A DNA stretch of 61,520 nt, the filler included. It is 6 parts of 6 records of this genome, joined end to end, with 100 filler letters (N's around TTAATTAATTAA, not from the genome) between each part and the next. Parts side by side here need not be neighbours in the genome. Positions count along the whole stretch, not along the records: positions 1 to 19,935 come from DRR723986_11080; 5 more parts are not named here. The stretch is one strand, 5' to 3'. Each line of letters opens with the position of its first letter. Within the stretch, counting starts at the first letter, position 1. Shown here piece after piece: positions 8,426-19,935 of the stretch. Position numbers and translations under genes: made by a program. The notes under the pieces are model-generated. The model ran no database searches. It saw only the letters and a list, made by a program, of their open reading frames with translations, and was not told where the DNA came from.

Positions 8426-9328
8426 TTACACCGTGACATAGTGATCGACCAATAAGGCCGCGAACAAGAACGCCAGATAGGCGATGGAATACGTGAATGC
8501 CTTTTTCGCCAGGGCATCGCTGTAGTTTTTCCAGATTTTGTAACCATAGCCGATGAAAATGGCATTCAATACCACGGCACTGACCAGGTAAATGAGACCG
8601 CTCATTTTCATGGCATAGGGAATCAGCGTGGTGGCCGCCAGCATGATGGTGTACAAAAACACGTGGAACTGCGTGAATGCAGCGCCATGGGTAACAGGCA
8701 ACATCGGCAGACCAGCGCGTGCATACTCTTGCGTGCGGTACAAAGCGAGCGCCCAAAAATGCGGCGGGGTCCATACAAAAATAATCAGGAACAACACCAA
8801 AGCCTCAGCCGATACACCGTTGGTGACCGCAGCCCAACCCAGTACGGGTGGCATGGCACCCGACGCACCGCCAATCACAATATTTTGTGGCGTATTGGGC
8901 TTTAACAGAAGGGTATAAATAATGGCGTAACCCACGAAGGTGGCCAGTGTCAGCCACATGGTCAAGGGATTCACAAACACATAAAGAATCCACACACCAA
9001 CGCCACCCACCATGCTGGAAAAAACCAGTGTCTGGACTGAATTCAGCTCGCCTCGGGGCAGGGGACGTGCGCGCGTACGCGCCATTTTCGCGTCAATCTG
9101 CTGTTCAACCAGGCAATTGAATGCGGCAGCCGCACCCGCCACTAGCCAGATACCCAAGGTGCCCGCGATCAATACCTGGGCATCGGGCAAATCGGGTGTT
9201 GCCAAAAACATGCCAATAACTGCGCAAAACACGATCAAGGCCACCACGCGTGGCTTGGTCAATGTCCAGTACTGTTTGGCCACGTGAGAAAAACTACCCA
9301 CGGCTTTTGTTTTTTCAACGGATGGCAT
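8426..9328 (-). CDS. cyoE: Protoheme IX farnesyltransferase (heme O synthase)
   Basis: [42 protein letters not shown]. Confidence 0.96.
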   Translation of the reverse strand: MPSVEKTKAVGSFSHVAKQYWTLTKPRVVALIVFCAVIGMFLATPDLPDAQVLIAGTLGIWLVAGAAAAFNCLVEQQIDAKMARTRARPLPRGELNSVQTLVFSSMVGGVGVWILYVFVNPLTMWLTLATFVGYAIIYTLLLKPNTPQNIVIGGASGAMPPVLGWAAVTNGVSAEALVLFLIIFVWTPPHFWALALYRTQEYARAGLPMLPVTHGAAFTQFHVFLYTIMLAATTLIPYAMKMSGLIYLVSAVVLNAIFIGYGYKIWKNYSDALAKKAFTYSIAYLAFLFAALLVDHYVTV

Positions 9329-9336
9329 GTTGAGCC

Positions 9337-10344
9337 TTATGAAATTCGATGGCGATTGCCCGCAACCCGATAGTTTACCAAGATCAGGGTGACCAGCAAC
9401 AGCGCTGCGCCCCCATTGTGCGCCACGGCCAACCACAAAGGCAATTGAAACACCACGTTACCAATGCCCATGGCAATTTGCAAAGCCAGCACGGCCACCA
9501 GTTTAATCGCCAATGGCTTGGTGCCCGGGTTGCGCCAAAGTGCAAAAGCGAGGAAGCCCAAAATACCAGTAACCACCAAGGCCCCGATACGGTGAATAAA
9601 GTGAATCGCGGTGAGTGAGGCCACATTCAGAACTTCGCCTTCAGGGGTTTCACCCAAGTGCCGAATGATGTGAAATGCATCCTTGAATTCCATGTGCGGC
9701 CAGAAACTGCCCTGACAAGTCGGGAAGTCGGTACACACCACCGCGGCATAGTTAGTGCTGACCCAACCGCCCAAGATAATTTGCACAGCCACAGCCACAA
9801 AGCCCACACGCGCCAGCAGGCGCAATCCGCTCAAATCACTGGGCGGCGCCACCGTGCGGGCAGGGCTGGTTTGGCGTAGCCATAGCCAGGTCAACATGCC
9901 AAGAATAGTCATGCCGCCGATGAGGTGACCAGTCACAATCGCGGGCTTGAGCAGCATGGTGACCGTCCAGGCACCAAATGCACCTTGCAAACACACCGCA
10001 AAAAACAGCCAGGTGGCTAGCGCAGGAGATTGCTTCAATTCAGCACGCTTTTTCCAGGCCATCACCATAATGCCAATGATCAACAAACCCAGAAACGTGG
10101 CCACATAGCGGTGCACCATTTCCTTCCATGCTTTTGGCATGGACACCGGGCCATGAGTGCCGCCCTGAATTTCAACGGCCTGCGCAATTTCCTCAGCGGC
10201 GTGCGTGGGTGTCAACTTGCCATAGCAACCAGGCCAATCCGGGCAACCCAAACCGGCGTCGGTCAAGCGCACAAAAGCGCCCAACATGATCAACAGGAAG
10301 GTAAGTACGGTGGTGAATGCGACCAAACGCTTGTAACTGCTCAT
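9337..10344 (-). CDS. ctaA: Heme A synthase (COX15/CtaA)
   Basis: [40 protein letters not shown]. Confidence 0.94.
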   Translation of the reverse strand: MSSYKRLVAFTTVLTFLLIMLGAFVRLTDAGLGCPDWPGCYGKLTPTHAAEEIAQAVEIQGGTHGPVSMPKAWKEMVHRYVATFLGLLIIGIMVMAWKKRAELKQSPALATWLFFAVCLQGAFGAWTVTMLLKPAIVTGHLIGGMTILGMLTWLWLRQTSPARTVAPPSDLSGLRLLARVGFVAVAVQIILGGWVSTNYAAVVCTDFPTCQGSFWPHMEFKDAFHIIRHLGETPEGEVLNVASLTAIHFIHRIGALVVTGILGFLAFALWRNPGTKPLAIKLVAVLALQIAMGIGNVVFQLPLWLAVAHNGGAALLLVTLILVNYRVAGNRHRIS

Positions 10345-10359
10345 GATGCTGCTCTCGAA

Positions 10360-10992
10360 TTAACCAATATTGGATGCCCACAACAGGCGGCTGATGTCTT
10401 TGCGAAACTTGTCAAACTGCAGGGTGTTATTTGGCGGAAAGCGCATCATGACATGCCCGAGTGGATCCGCCACAAACACATGGTCCCGAACCGTTCCAAT
10501 GTCGGCACTGCCTTTGTTGCCCACAATGCCCTGCTCCAGCGGCAACCAGCTTTTCAGTTGGTCTTCGCTTGCCCGTACGAAATGAACGTCGGGAAACTGA
10601 CGCAGCAGCAGTGTTTCAAGGGGACCATCATCGGTGACAAACACAACACGTTCAATTCGACCTTGTTCTTTGCCTTTCGAAGCACGGGCCTGACGCTGGA
10701 AGTACATGGTGTTCTGACACACCTCGTCGCAATCACTGTTGATCACCTGAATCAGCACCCACTTGTCAGCCACCTGCTGCATGGTGAAATCATCGCCATT
10801 GATGTTTTTAAATACCTCGGTGGACACATCCACTTGCGGATCCAGAATGGTGCCGTAGTTGTTAGTGCCTTCGGGCTTGTCAAAGAAGTACAAATAGAAG
10901 GCCGCCACAATGGGCAAGGCGCAAGTGAGGAACACCAACAATATGGTCATTCGGCCCTTGTTCAGCTTCGCGGGTGCGCTGGCTGCATTCAT
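10360..10992 (-). CDS. Cox-cluster membrane-anchored thioredoxin-like protein
   Basis: N-terminal TM, NYGTIL, CDEVC, DPLGHVMMRFP; position between surf1 and ctaA. Confidence 0.8.
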   Translation of the reverse strand: MNAASAPAKLNKGRMTILLVFLTCALPIVAAFYLYFFDKPEGTNNYGTILDPQVDVSTEVFKNINGDDFTMQQVADKWVLIQVINSDCDEVCQNTMYFQRQARASKGKEQGRIERVVFVTDDGPLETLLLRQFPDVHFVRASEDQLKSWLPLEQGIVGNKGSADIGTVRDHVFVADPLGHVMMRFPPNNTLQFDKFRKDISRLLWASNIG

Positions 10993-11804
10993 GTTTTATT
11001 TCCCTTGTAAAACTCTCGATACACAAAAAACAGAGTCAGCAAAACCAACACCGCCGACATGGTAAACCATTGAAAGGCGTATCCCCTGTGCTTGGCCACT
11101 TGTTCTTGCAACGGCACCGCGAGGTGATAAAAACCGTCCACTTTACCGGCCGGTGCTTGCTGCCCGGCTGTTTGCGCAACTGGCTGCTGGGTTACTACAA
11201 AATTGCTGACTGGCTCGCCAGCGTGCTTTTCAAATTCAATCACACTGAAATTCGACCACACCTCATAACCATTGCTTTGTGCCTTCGTGATGCGGTCGGC
11301 CTCGCCCAAGGCAATGCCCCGCAATTCAGCCGACTGGGCAAAACGCGGCAGAATTGTTCCTTTTAAATCAAACAAATCCCCAGCCTGCGTGGCCTCGGTG
11401 GGCATCTCCGGTGCAAGCCGTGGCTGGGCCGGGTTTCTCAACAACAGCCCCCGATCGACAGGTATCAGAAAACTGGCACCCTCTGGCCGAAAACCCTGCA
11501 CCACCTGAACGGCGGGTCGCCCATTCACTTGACGATTGTCTATGTATATCAGGGCTTTGGCTTCGAACCTACCCCTCAAATCAATTTTTCGGTAGGACAT
11601 ATTGTCCAAGTCCAACCGTGGACTGCCCGGAGACACAGCCTCGGCCGCCAATGCGCGGGCCTGTGCATCAAACAAGGTTTGTTTTTCGTGAGCCCGCCCC
11701 GTTTGCCATTGCCCCAAACTGAAGGTGAGCCACACCAGCCCGGCACCCAGCAGGACGCTGAAAGCCAGCTTTGTCTTTCCCGGTGTTTTCACTGCGTTAA
11801 CCAT
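10989..11804 (-). CDS. SURF1 family oxidase assembly protein
   Basis: LGQWQTGRAHEK, VDRG, HRGYAFQWF. Confidence 0.92.
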   Translation of the reverse strand: MVNAVKTPGKTKLAFSVLLGAGLVWLTFSLGQWQTGRAHEKQTLFDAQARALAAEAVSPGSPRLDLDNMSYRKIDLRGRFEAKALIYIDNRQVNGRPAVQVVQGFRPEGASFLIPVDRGLLLRNPAQPRLAPEMPTEATQAGDLFDLKGTILPRFAQSAELRGIALGEADRITKAQSNGYEVWSNFSVIEFEKHAGEPVSNFVVTQQPVAQTAGQQAPAGKVDGFYHLAVPLQEQVAKHRGYAFQWFTMSAVLVLLTLFFVYREFYKGNKT

Positions 11805-11857
11805 GACATACTTCCAATTGTGTGCTGTACACGGTTAGTTTTTGAAAGGTGTTCACC

Positions 11858-12058
11858 ATGAAGTTCATCATTGGCCTGGCGTTCCTGGGCATCCTGCTAA
11901 GCCTGGGTTCGGCTTTTTTCTTTCTCATGAAGGACAAAAGCAAATCCAGTCGAACCGTCAACGCGTTGACCATGCGCATCGGTTTGTCCATCGCGCTGTT
12001 CCTGCTGATTCTGTTTGCCTGGTACATGGGCTGGATAGAGTCAACTGGCATTCGATAA
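11858..12058 (+). CDS. Twin transmembrane helix small protein (DUF2909-like)
   Basis: ILLSLGSAFFFLMKD...ALTMRIGLSIALF; antisense position within the cox cluster. Confidence 0.85.
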   Translation: MKFIIGLAFLGILLSLGSAFFFLMKDKSKSSRTVNALTMRIGLSIALFLLILFAWYMGWIESTGIR

Positions 12059-12080
12059 GCTCAATGTAAGCTCGATATCC

Positions 12081-12116
12081 AAAAAAAAGCCACCGGAATT
12101 TTCCAGTGGCTTTTTT
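12081..12116. terminator. Bidirectional intrinsic terminator
   Basis: A8-GCCACCGGAA-TT-TTCCAGTGGC-T6 between convergent genes. Confidence 0.85.
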
Positions 12117-12153
12117 AATTGTGTGTTTTACAGCCTGCCGGGAAATACCCGAA

Positions 12154-13008
12154 TTACAGCCAGTAAACCACCACGTACAAGCCCAACCACACGACGTCCA
12201 CGAAGTGCCAATACCAAGCTGCAGCTTCAAATGCGAAGTGGTTTTGTGGCGTGAAGTGACCCTTGATGCAGCGAATCATGATGAAGAACAGCATGATGGC
12301 GCCGATAGTCACGTGGAAACCGTGGAAACCGGTCAGCATGAAGAAGGTTGAACCGAAAATACCTGATGTTAACTTCAGGTTCAAATCGCGGTAAGCGTGA
12401 ATGTATTCATAGGCCTGGAAACCCATGAAGATTGCGCCCAACAACACGGTCAACGCCAAGCCCCAGATCAACTGTGAACGCTTGTTGGCGATCAGCGCGT
12501 GGTGCGCCCAGGTCAGGGTAAGGCCCGATGTCAGCAACAACGCGGTGTTGATGGTGGGAATTGGCCATGGGCCCATGGTCTGGAATGCGTCAATGGTACC
12601 AGCGGGGCCAGTGTTGGGCCAGTTGGCTGTGAAGTCGGGCCACAGGAAAGCCTTGTTGTCGATGTCACCAAGCCAGGGCATGGCGATTTGACGAGCATAA
12701 AACAGCGCACCGAAAAATGCGGCAAAGAACATGACTTCGGAGAAAATGAACCAGCCCATGGACCAGCGGAAGGAGACATCCACCCTGGCACTGTACTGAC
12801 CACTTTCGGATTCGCCCACCACATGCTTGAACCAGCCTGTGAGCACATAAATAAGAATTGCCATGCTGAGTGCGAACAGGTAAGGGCCTGATGCAGCGCC
12901 GTTTACCCACTGGGACATGCCCAGTACAAAAAAGAACATGGCCACTGCGCCAAGCACAGGCCACTGGGACAAGCCGGGCACAAAGTAATATGGTGCATTC
13001 GCACGCAT
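12154..13008 (-). CDS. coxC: Cytochrome c oxidase subunit III
   Basis: FIFSEVMFFAAFF, TGFHGFHV, AAWYWHFVDVVW. Confidence 0.97.
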   Translation of the reverse strand: MRANAPYYFVPGLSQWPVLGAVAMFFFVLGMSQWVNGAASGPYLFALSMAILIYVLTGWFKHVVGESESGQYSARVDVSFRWSMGWFIFSEVMFFAAFFGALFYARQIAMPWLGDIDNKAFLWPDFTANWPNTGPAGTIDAFQTMGPWPIPTINTALLLTSGLTLTWAHHALIANKRSQLIWGLALTVLLGAIFMGFQAYEYIHAYRDLNLKLTSGIFGSTFFMLTGFHGFHVTIGAIMLFFIMIRCIKGHFTPQNHFAFEAAAWYWHFVDVVWLGLYVVVYWL

Positions 13009-13071
13009 GGTGGTTTCTCCTATTTCTTTAATTTAGATGCTTCAATACTGCAACAGCGAGTTTCGTACGGC

Positions 13072-13302
13072 TTAAGCGGAACTCACCACAAAATTTACCA
13101 ATACCAGCAGCCCGATCACAAAACCAGCGGCTGCCAACAGACCCACAATAATGACGTGGACCGGATTTAACTTCTGCATGTCCTCCGAATGGTTTTTACC
13201 CTTTCGGACCCCGAAAAATGACCACAACACCGCTGACAGCGTTTGCAAAAAGGTGGCGGTGCTCGCTTTGCGTGACGCGGCTTCTTTGATGTCTTTGGAC
13301 AC
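13072..13302 (-). CDS. DUF2970-like small membrane protein
   Basis: AVLWSFFGVRKGK...DMQKLNPVHVIIVG. Confidence 0.85.
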   Translation of the reverse strand: MSKDIKEAASRKASTATFLQTLSAVLWSFFGVRKGKNHSEDMQKLNPVHVIIVGLLAAAGFVIGLLVLVNFVVSSA

Positions 13303-13868
13303 TATTCAGCCGCCATGGCTGTAGCGCCGGCCACTTCAAAAAACGTATAACTCAATGTGATGGTGTGTACATCTTGTGGCAACTTGGGGTTGATCACAAA
13401 CACCACCGGAAACTCTTTTGTTTCACCTGCCTTGAATGGCTGCTGTTTAAAGCAGAAACATTCCAGCTTGGTGAAATGCTCAGCTGCCTTGCTGGGCAAA
13501 TAACTGGGTATGGCCTGACCTGCAGTGTCGTTCTGCAGGTTGTTGTACACCACATAATTCATGGTCACCAGCTCACCTGGATGAACCATCATTCGATTCG
13601 TCTCCGGCTTGAACTGAAATTTGCCTCGCTCATTGGCGTCAAAGATCACTTCAATGCTTCGGCTTTTGTCCACTTGGGTATTCTTCACGATTTCTTCCGC
13701 ATTCTTGGTTTGCGGTGTGAGCACGTTAATCCCGGTGATTTCACAAATGGCCTTGTAAATGGGTACCAATGCGTAGCCGAAGGCAAACATGGCCACAACA
13801 ATCACGACAAGGCGCACCACCATCTGCTTGTGCAAACCGCTTGTTTTTTGACTATTTCCGTTGGCCAT
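13302..13868 (-). CDS. ctaG: Cytochrome c oxidase assembly protein Cox11/CtaG
   Basis: MFAFGYALVPIYKAICEITG, KLECFCF, TLSYTFF. Confidence 0.95.
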   Translation of the reverse strand: MANGNSQKTSGLHKQMVVRLVVIVVAMFAFGYALVPIYKAICEITGINVLTPQTKNAEEIVKNTQVDKSRSIEVIFDANERGKFQFKPETNRMMVHPGELVTMNYVVYNNLQNDTAGQAIPSYLPSKAAEHFTKLECFCFKQQPFKAGETKEFPVVFVINPKLPQDVHTITLSYTFFEVAGATAMAAE

Positions 13869-13901
13869 GCTGCTTTACCTCTACTGCAAATTCGTTAAAA
13901 C

Positions 13902-14039
13902 CTAGTTCATCAAATTCAAGATGCTGGGTTCCATCACCTTGCGAATCAGAATGCCGATAAAAAACACGGCAGCCACCGACAGCAAAATCAAACCAGTGCG
14001 CTTGTTCTGTTTCGCTTTCTCTTTTTCTTCAGGGGTCAC
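13902..14039 (-). CDS. Cytochrome oxidase small assembly protein (45 aa)
   Basis: Not in the ORF track; AGGAAG RBS, GTG start, MTPEEKEKAKQNKRTGLILLSVAAVFFIGILIRKVMEPSILNLMN*, single TM, between coxA and ctaG. Confidence 0.8.
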   Translation of the reverse strand: MTPEEKEKAKQNKRTGLILLSVAAVFFIGILIRKVMEPSILNLMN

Positions 14040-14164
14040 GCTTACTTCCTTGCTGAACCGATTCGTTGTGTAAAGGAGCCTTGAGTAACAGACAAGAGCA
14101 AAGCCGCTTTACACAACGGGGGGTTGGCAACAACCAAACCCCCATTGTTAAACCCTTGGGTGAA

Positions 14165-15769
14165 TTACTTCACTGTGGGTGGATCTTCAAAGGTGTGGAA
14201 CGGCGCTGGTGATGGAACTGTCCACTCCAGACCTTCAGCACCTTCCCATGGCTTGGCAGGCGCTGCCTCGCCCTTCTGGAACATCCATGCACGCAGTACG
14301 CACCACAGGAAGATCAACTGCGACAAACCGAACCAGAACGCACCCACAGTGGCAATGGCATGGAAGTCAGTGAACTGTGTGGCGTAATCGGCATAACGAC
14401 GTGGCATACCGGCCAAGCCCAGGAAGTGCATTGGGAAGAAAGTGACGTTGAAGCTGATCAAGGATGACCAGAAGTGCCACTTGCCCAATGTTTCGCTGTA
14501 CATGCGGCCAGACCACTTGGGCAGCCAGTAGTAAGTACCTGCAAACAAGGCAAACAGAGAACCCGCGACCAGCACGTAGTGGAAGTGAGCCACCACGTAG
14601 TAAGTGTCCTGCAGCTGAATGTCAACAGGGGCCACGGCCAGAATCAGGCCGGTAAAACCACCCATGGTGAACACGAAAATGAAACCGACAGCGAACAGCA
14701 TGGGGGTTTCGAATGTCATGGAGCCACGCCACATGGTGGCCAGCCAGTTAAATACCTTCACGCCGGTGGGCACCGCGATCAACATGGTTGCGTACATGAA
14801 GAACAACTGGCCAGTGACCGGCATGCCGGTTGTGAACATGTGGTGCGCCCAAACGATGAAGGACAGAATCGCGATGGACGCAGTGGCGTACACCATGGAG
14901 CTGTAACCAAACAATGTTTTGCGAGCGAACGTGGGTACGATGTGGCTGATGATGCCGAAGGCCGGCAAGATCATGATGTACACCTCGGGGTGACCGAAGA
15001 ACCAGAAAATGTGCTGGTACATCACAGGGTCACCGCCACCGGCCGCATTGAAGAATGATGTGCCGAAATGGCGATCAGTCAACACCATGGTGATGGCGCC
15101 AGCCAACACGGGCATTACTGCAATCAACAGGTAAGCGGTAATCAGCCAGGTCCAGGCAAACATCGGCATTTTCATCAAGGTCATGCCAGGCGCGCGCATG
15201 TTCAGGATGGTGGTGATGATGTTGATGGAGCCCATGATCGAGGAGGCACCCAGGATGTGCATCGCGAAAATCGCCGCATCCATACCTGGGCCCATTTGCA
15301 CGGACAAGGGTGCATACAGGGTCCAGCCAGCAGCAGTAGCGCCGCCGGGCATAAAGAAGGATGCTGTCAGGATGATCGCTGCAGGAACCATCAGCCAGAA
15401 GCTGAAGTTGTTCATGCGGGCAAAGGCCATGTCAGAACAGCCGATTTGCAGCGGAATCATCCAGTTGGCAAAACCCACAAATGCGGGCATCACCGCACCA
15501 AACACCATGATCAAACCGTGCATGGTGGTTAGCTGGTTGAAGAACTCGGGCTGAACCAGTTGCAGGCCAGGTGCAAACAATTCTGCACGCAGCATCAGCG
15601 CCAACACGCCGCCTTCCAGCAGCATGATGAACGAGAAAATCAGGTACATGGTACCGATGTCTTTGTGGTTGGTTGCGTACAACCAACGGCGCCAACCATG
15701 CGGATGGTCGTGCGCGTGGTCATGGTCGTGACCATGTCCGTGGGTTAAATCTGCCGCGGTAGTGCTCAT
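14165..15769 (-). CDS. ctaD: Cytochrome c oxidase subunit I (aa3, A1 type)
   Basis: [31 protein letters not shown]. Confidence 0.98.
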   Translation of the reverse strand: MSTTAADLTHGHGHDHDHAHDHPHGWRRWLYATNHKDIGTMYLIFSFIMLLEGGVLALMLRAELFAPGLQLVQPEFFNQLTTMHGLIMVFGAVMPAFVGFANWMIPLQIGCSDMAFARMNNFSFWLMVPAAIILTASFFMPGGATAAGWTLYAPLSVQMGPGMDAAIFAMHILGASSIMGSINIITTILNMRAPGMTLMKMPMFAWTWLITAYLLIAVMPVLAGAITMVLTDRHFGTSFFNAAGGGDPVMYQHIFWFFGHPEVYIMILPAFGIISHIVPTFARKTLFGYSSMVYATASIAILSFIVWAHHMFTTGMPVTGQLFFMYATMLIAVPTGVKVFNWLATMWRGSMTFETPMLFAVGFIFVFTMGGFTGLILAVAPVDIQLQDTYYVVAHFHYVLVAGSLFALFAGTYYWLPKWSGRMYSETLGKWHFWSSLISFNVTFFPMHFLGLAGMPRRYADYATQFTDFHAIATVGAFWFGLSQLIFLWCVLRAWMFQKGEAAPAKPWEGAEGLEWTVPSPAPFHTFEDPPTVK

Positions 15770-15788
15770 GTAAATCTCCTAAGCAATA

Positions 15789-16964
15789 TTAACGTGCAGC
15801 CGTAACAGCACTTGGCTGAACAACCGGGTCGGTACCTGTGCCTGCATTGGCCCAAGCGTTTCGTGTGTAAGTAATGACTGAAGCAATTTCAACATCGCTC
15901 AACTGCTTCCAGGCTGGCATGCCAGCGCCTTTGCCGTTCAACAGAATGTCAATTTGACCAGCTTGCGGACCCACTACAGAAGGCGCTGCAACAAGCGCTG
16001 GGAATGCACCGGGGATGCCTTCACCAGAAGCTTGGTGACAAGCTGCGCAATTGGCGTTGTACACCTGCTCACCGCGGGCAACCAGGTCTTCCTTGGTCCA
16101 TTCTTTCGTGGGGTCGTCTTGCTTGGCCTTCATTTCGTCAAGCTTGGCCTGCACCCACTTGGAGTAGTTTTCTTCAGACATCACTTCAACAACGATAGGC
16201 ATGTAGGCATGGTCTTTGCCGCACAACTCGGCACACTGACCGCGGTAAATGCCTTCTTTCTCTGCCTTGAACCAGGTGTCACGAACAAAACCGGGGATCG
16301 CATCCTGCTTCACGCCAAAGGCGGGAATCATCCAGGCGTGAATCACGTCATTGGCGGTTGTTACCACGCGAACTTTCTTGTTCACGGGCACAACAACGTG
16401 GTTGTCCACTTCCATCAGGTAGTTTTCACCACGGGCAACGGCCTGACCTTCATGGTCATCGATTTGCTCGCGCGGAGTGGTCAGGGTAGACAGGAAGGAA
16501 ATGCCCTCACCCTCGCCTGCCAGATATTCATAGCCCCACTTCCACTGATAGCCAGTGGCTTTGATGGTGAGGTCGGCGTTGGAAGTGTCTTTCATGGCGA
16601 CCACTGTTTTGGTGGCGGGCAGAGCCATGCCAATCACGATCAGGAAAGGCACAACGGTCCATGCAATTTCAACTTTCACACTTTCATGGAAAGAAGCAGA
16701 TTTCGCGCCCTTTGATTTGCGGTGTGCGTAGATTGAGTAAAACATCACGCCAAACACGGCAACGAAAATAACCAGACAGATCACCAGCATCAGCGTGTGC
16801 AAATCATAAATTTGACGCGCGATTTCGGTAACCGGTTCAGCGAGGTTGTACTGCAGGGGCTGCCCAGAAACATTCTCGGCAAACGCTGCACCTCCGAAGG
16901 ATGTCATCGCAATTGCAGCAGCCGAAGCAACAGCTTTGCGAATACCCAAGGACGACTTCAACAT
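15789..16964 (-). CDS. coxB: Cytochrome c oxidase subunit II with C-terminal cytochrome c
   Basis: DVIHAW, CAELCGKDHAYM CuA site, CAACH heme motif. Confidence 0.96.
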   Translation of the reverse strand: MLKSSLGIRKAVASAAAIAMTSFGGAAFAENVSGQPLQYNLAEPVTEIARQIYDLHTLMLVICLVIFVAVFGVMFYSIYAHRKSKGAKSASFHESVKVEIAWTVVPFLIVIGMALPATKTVVAMKDTSNADLTIKATGYQWKWGYEYLAGEGEGISFLSTLTTPREQIDDHEGQAVARGENYLMEVDNHVVVPVNKKVRVVTTANDVIHAWMIPAFGVKQDAIPGFVRDTWFKAEKEGIYRGQCAELCGKDHAYMPIVVEVMSEENYSKWVQAKLDEMKAKQDDPTKEWTKEDLVARGEQVYNANCAACHQASGEGIPGAFPALVAAPSVVGPQAGQIDILLNGKGAGMPAWKQLSDVEIASVITYTRNAWANAGTGTDPVVQPSAVTAAR

Positions 16965-17013
16965 GGCGATCCTCAATCTCAAAAAAAATATCAAACTGGT
17001 GGAAGCCGCATGC

Positions 17014-17532
17014 CTATACCGCACATGCTGCCCTGGCCAACGCTGCTTTCAATTCGCGGTGCAGCGCTGACTTGTCTTTTTCAGCAATAAATTTGCCTAT
17101 TTTTACTTGTTGGCCTTTGTGACTGAACAACAGAGGCGCTTTGTATTTTCCGTTGTAGCTTAGTTTGGCCCATTGGGGTGACCATTCAAGCTGGGTCAGT
17201 TTGGTGCCATCGGCCATGACCAGAATAAGCTGGTGTGGCTGAAGTTCGATCATTTCATAATCAGCCGCATGCCTCGCGTAGATTACAAATGCCGTACCTA
17301 CCAACAACAACTCGATTCCAGCGAACGGCAACACAATCCAGAAACCTGCCAGCAAAAAGCCCGTTGCAACTACCAAAGTAATTGCACACAAACTGAGGTA
17401 CCACTGCAAAAGCTGCTTGGGACTAAGCGAACAGTTGCGTCGAAAAACCCATCTACTGCTTTGCGGCGCTGGGATTTGCCCGTCGCCGCCCGCCGCATTA
17501 GCTGAACTTGAAATTTCTGGAATCATGCCCAT
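17014..17532 (-). CDS. DUF2244-like membrane protein
   Basis: RNCSLSPKQL, GFWIVLPFAGIE, YARHAADYE; GAGG RBS. Confidence 0.85.
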   Translation of the reverse strand: MGMIPEISSSANAAGGDGQIPAPQSSRWVFRRNCSLSPKQLLQWYLSLCAITLVVATGFLLAGFWIVLPFAGIELLLVGTAFVIYARHAADYEMIELQPHQLILVMADGTKLTQLEWSPQWAKLSYNGKYKAPLLFSHKGQQVKIGKFIAEKDKSALHRELKAALARAACAV

Positions 17533-17711
17533 TTACCTCTCAGAGAGCAGTCATTCAGACCCAATGCACACCCAAAAGAGTGCATTAAAACCTTCGAATT
17601 ATAGGCTCAAGGCTCTAAAGCAAGCAATAAGACAGGTGCAATCCGCAGCTGTTTTCCCCGAAATAAGTTAAAAACAATGCGCTACATTTGAAAATGCTGC
17701 GCAGCAACACC

Positions 17712-18623
17712 CTATTTGCCGCCCTTGCGCCCCTTGATGTCTGAAATTTTTACGGTGGCTACATCAGTTTTGGTTTTTCTTTTGACTTTCCAGGCGTGCC
17801 CGTAAACCAACTCCAGGGTCAATGGAATTCGGCCACTTTCCGGATTGCGAAGCTGCTCCAGGCACTTCGTGGCTTGGGATAAGTGGCGTGGCGTTCGCAA
17901 ACCAGGCCTGCGCGACTCAAGATGGTTGCCGCACAACGCTCGCCAGTCTTCAAGCAACTTGGCCGGTGAGCTGTAGGTCAGCGTCAGTTTTTCCATCTCC
18001 ATGACCGGATCGGAAAAACCCTGCTTGCTCATCAGGTCACCCAGGTCGTGCATGTCGGCAAAATCTGGGAATGGCTCGCCCATGGCCTGCGCAAACCCCT
18101 GTAACTCACGAGCGGTGTCTGGCCCAAAACAGCTGAAAAATACCCCACCCTCCGGCTTCAGTACACGCAACCATTCAGCCATGCATTGCGCCGGGTCAAC
18201 CACTGCATGCAGCCACAACGGCGACCACACCATGGCCTGACTGTCCCCGGACAGGGGCAAAGGACTGTTGACTTGAAGCGCAATGGCTGAAGATGGCTTG
18301 GGAGCGGCCCGACCAGGCCAAAGCTTGGCCAGAAAGGAAGCAGCGGCCTGTTCAACTTGCTCGACTGGCAGGTGAACGGCCTTGGGTGCAAACACTGAAA
18401 ACTCCCGTCCGACAAACAGGTTTTTTACATTGGGCAAGGCCGCTGGGTGTAACCACCCTTGATGCACCACACCTCCCTCGACCGGGCGCATGATTTGTGC
18501 GCGGTTCACCATGCGTTGATTCACCTCTTGGAGTATGAACGGCAATGGTTTTTCGATGCGTCGCAGCCATTGTTGCGTCAAAGCGGTGTTTGAGCGAGGA
18601 ATTTTCCAGAACTGCGAGGACAT
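17712..18623 (-). CDS. BioC-like methyltransferase-fold protein
   Basis: EWLRVLKPEG...FGPDT, FADMHDLGD...DPVMEME, ELVYGHAW; divergent from comF. Confidence 0.8.
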   Translation of the reverse strand: MSSQFWKIPRSNTALTQQWLRRIEKPLPFILQEVNQRMVNRAQIMRPVEGGVVHQGWLHPAALPNVKNLFVGREFSVFAPKAVHLPVEQVEQAAASFLAKLWPGRAAPKPSSAIALQVNSPLPLSGDSQAMVWSPLWLHAVVDPAQCMAEWLRVLKPEGGVFFSCFGPDTARELQGFAQAMGEPFPDFADMHDLGDLMSKQGFSDPVMEMEKLTLTYSSPAKLLEDWRALCGNHLESRRPGLRTPRHLSQATKCLEQLRNPESGRIPLTLELVYGHAWKVKRKTKTDVATVKISDIKGRKGGK

Positions 18624-18624
18624 T

Positions 18625-19410
18625 GTGAAACGAGCCATATCAGCAAAAAGGTGGTGCAACCTATTCTATAGAACTTGGCAGGGCATTGGCGGCGCCATGG
18701 TGCCGAGGCGATGCATGGCCTGCCAAGTACCACTTCCAGACGGAGTTGCGGGCACTCAGTATTATGTGTGCAACCAGTGCGCGCCGATCATTCACCGGGA
18801 CGCCGACCTGCGCTGCAAACGATGCGCACTGACACTTGGCCCACGCCTGCAAGCCTTTGGGTGGACACATTGCAGACACTGCAAACCCATGATTGAGGAT
18901 GGGGCGCGAGCACCTGTGGAATGCGTGGTCTGCACGGATTATGTTCCGCCATTTGATCAATGGATTGCCTTGTTGAAGTACGGCAATCACCACGGCATGG
19001 CCCGCTTTCTGGGCCACTGGCTTGGCATTACCGTGCTGGAGTCGGGAATGGATTTGCCCGATGTGTTGGTGCCTGTGCCCATGAGCCCGGACAAATTAAG
19101 GCGGCGCGGCTATAATCAAGCCGCTTTGATTGCCCGGCATGTGGGCCTGCACATTCAACGGCCGGTGAAAACGGATTGGCTGCTCAAAACCGAGGGGCTT
19201 GGGGCGCAGGCAACCCTGGGCCGGGAAGATCGACTGCTCAATTTGCAGGGGGCATTCAGAGCGAAGATTGGCATCCCAGAGAACCTTCGGGTTGGTTTGG
19301 TGGACGACGTGATCACCACGGGAGCAACCATTCAAAGCTGCGCAGCCGCACTTCGCAAAGCTGGCGCGATTTCAATTGTAACCATGGCAGTGTGCAGGAC
19401 CCCAGAATGA
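18625..19410 (+). CDS. comF: ComF family protein (start uncertain: 18625 or 18697)
   Basis: Four CxxC motifs, [24 protein letters not shown]. Confidence 0.92.
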   Translation: MKRAISAKRWCNLFYRTWQGIGGAMVPRRCMACQVPLPDGVAGTQYYVCNQCAPIIHRDADLRCKRCALTLGPRLQAFGWTHCRHCKPMIEDGARAPVECVVCTDYVPPFDQWIALLKYGNHHGMARFLGHWLGITVLESGMDLPDVLVPVPMSPDKLRRRGYNQAALIARHVGLHIQRPVKTDWLLKTEGLGAQATLGREDRLLNLQGAFRAKIGIPENLRVGLVDDVITTGATIQSCAAALRKAGAISIVTMAVCRTPE

Positions 19411-19877
19411 TCAATGTGGTATTGGTTGAACCAGAAATTCCACCCAACACGGGCAATGTCATTCGCCTGTGTGCCAACACCGGCGTACAACTGCACTTGG
19501 TGGAACCTTTGGGTTTTCCACTGGAAGACGCCCGGATGCGACGTGCCGGACTTGACTACCATGAGTACGCCAACATGATGGTGCACGCAAGCTGGCAAGC
19601 ATTTCTCGACCGTTGCCAACCCGATCCGCAGCGCTGTTTTGCAATGACCACCAAGGGGACACATTCACCTTTCGATGTGAAATTCCAACCGGGTGATTAC
19701 CTGATGTTTGGCAGTGAAACACGGGGGCTTTCTGAGGACGTTCGTCACTGGTTTGCCCGCGAAAACTGGTTGCGCCTGCCGATGCGCCCGGAGAGCCGAT
19801 CACTGAACCTGTCCAACTCGGTGGCGGTGATGGTGTATGAGGCTTGGCGACAACTGGGGTTTGAAGGCGGAAGCTAG
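19407..19877 (+). CDS. trmL: tRNA (cytidine/uridine-34 2'-O)-methyltransferase
   Basis: [36 protein letters not shown]. Confidence 0.96.
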   Translation: MINVVLVEPEIPPNTGNVIRLCANTGVQLHLVEPLGFPLEDARMRRAGLDYHEYANMMVHASWQAFLDRCQPDPQRCFAMTTKGTHSPFDVKFQPGDYLMFGSETRGLSEDVRHWFARENWLRLPMRPESRSLNLSNSVAVMVYEAWRQLGFEGGS

Positions 19878-19935
19878 GGATTACTGCCAGGCGACCAGTC
19901 TGCCCGGGTTCCGATCTCTCGCGGTGCGTTAACTG

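Noticed and set aside
15690-15769. His-rich N-terminus of CoxA
   Set aside because: Common in betaproteobacterial subunit I proteins
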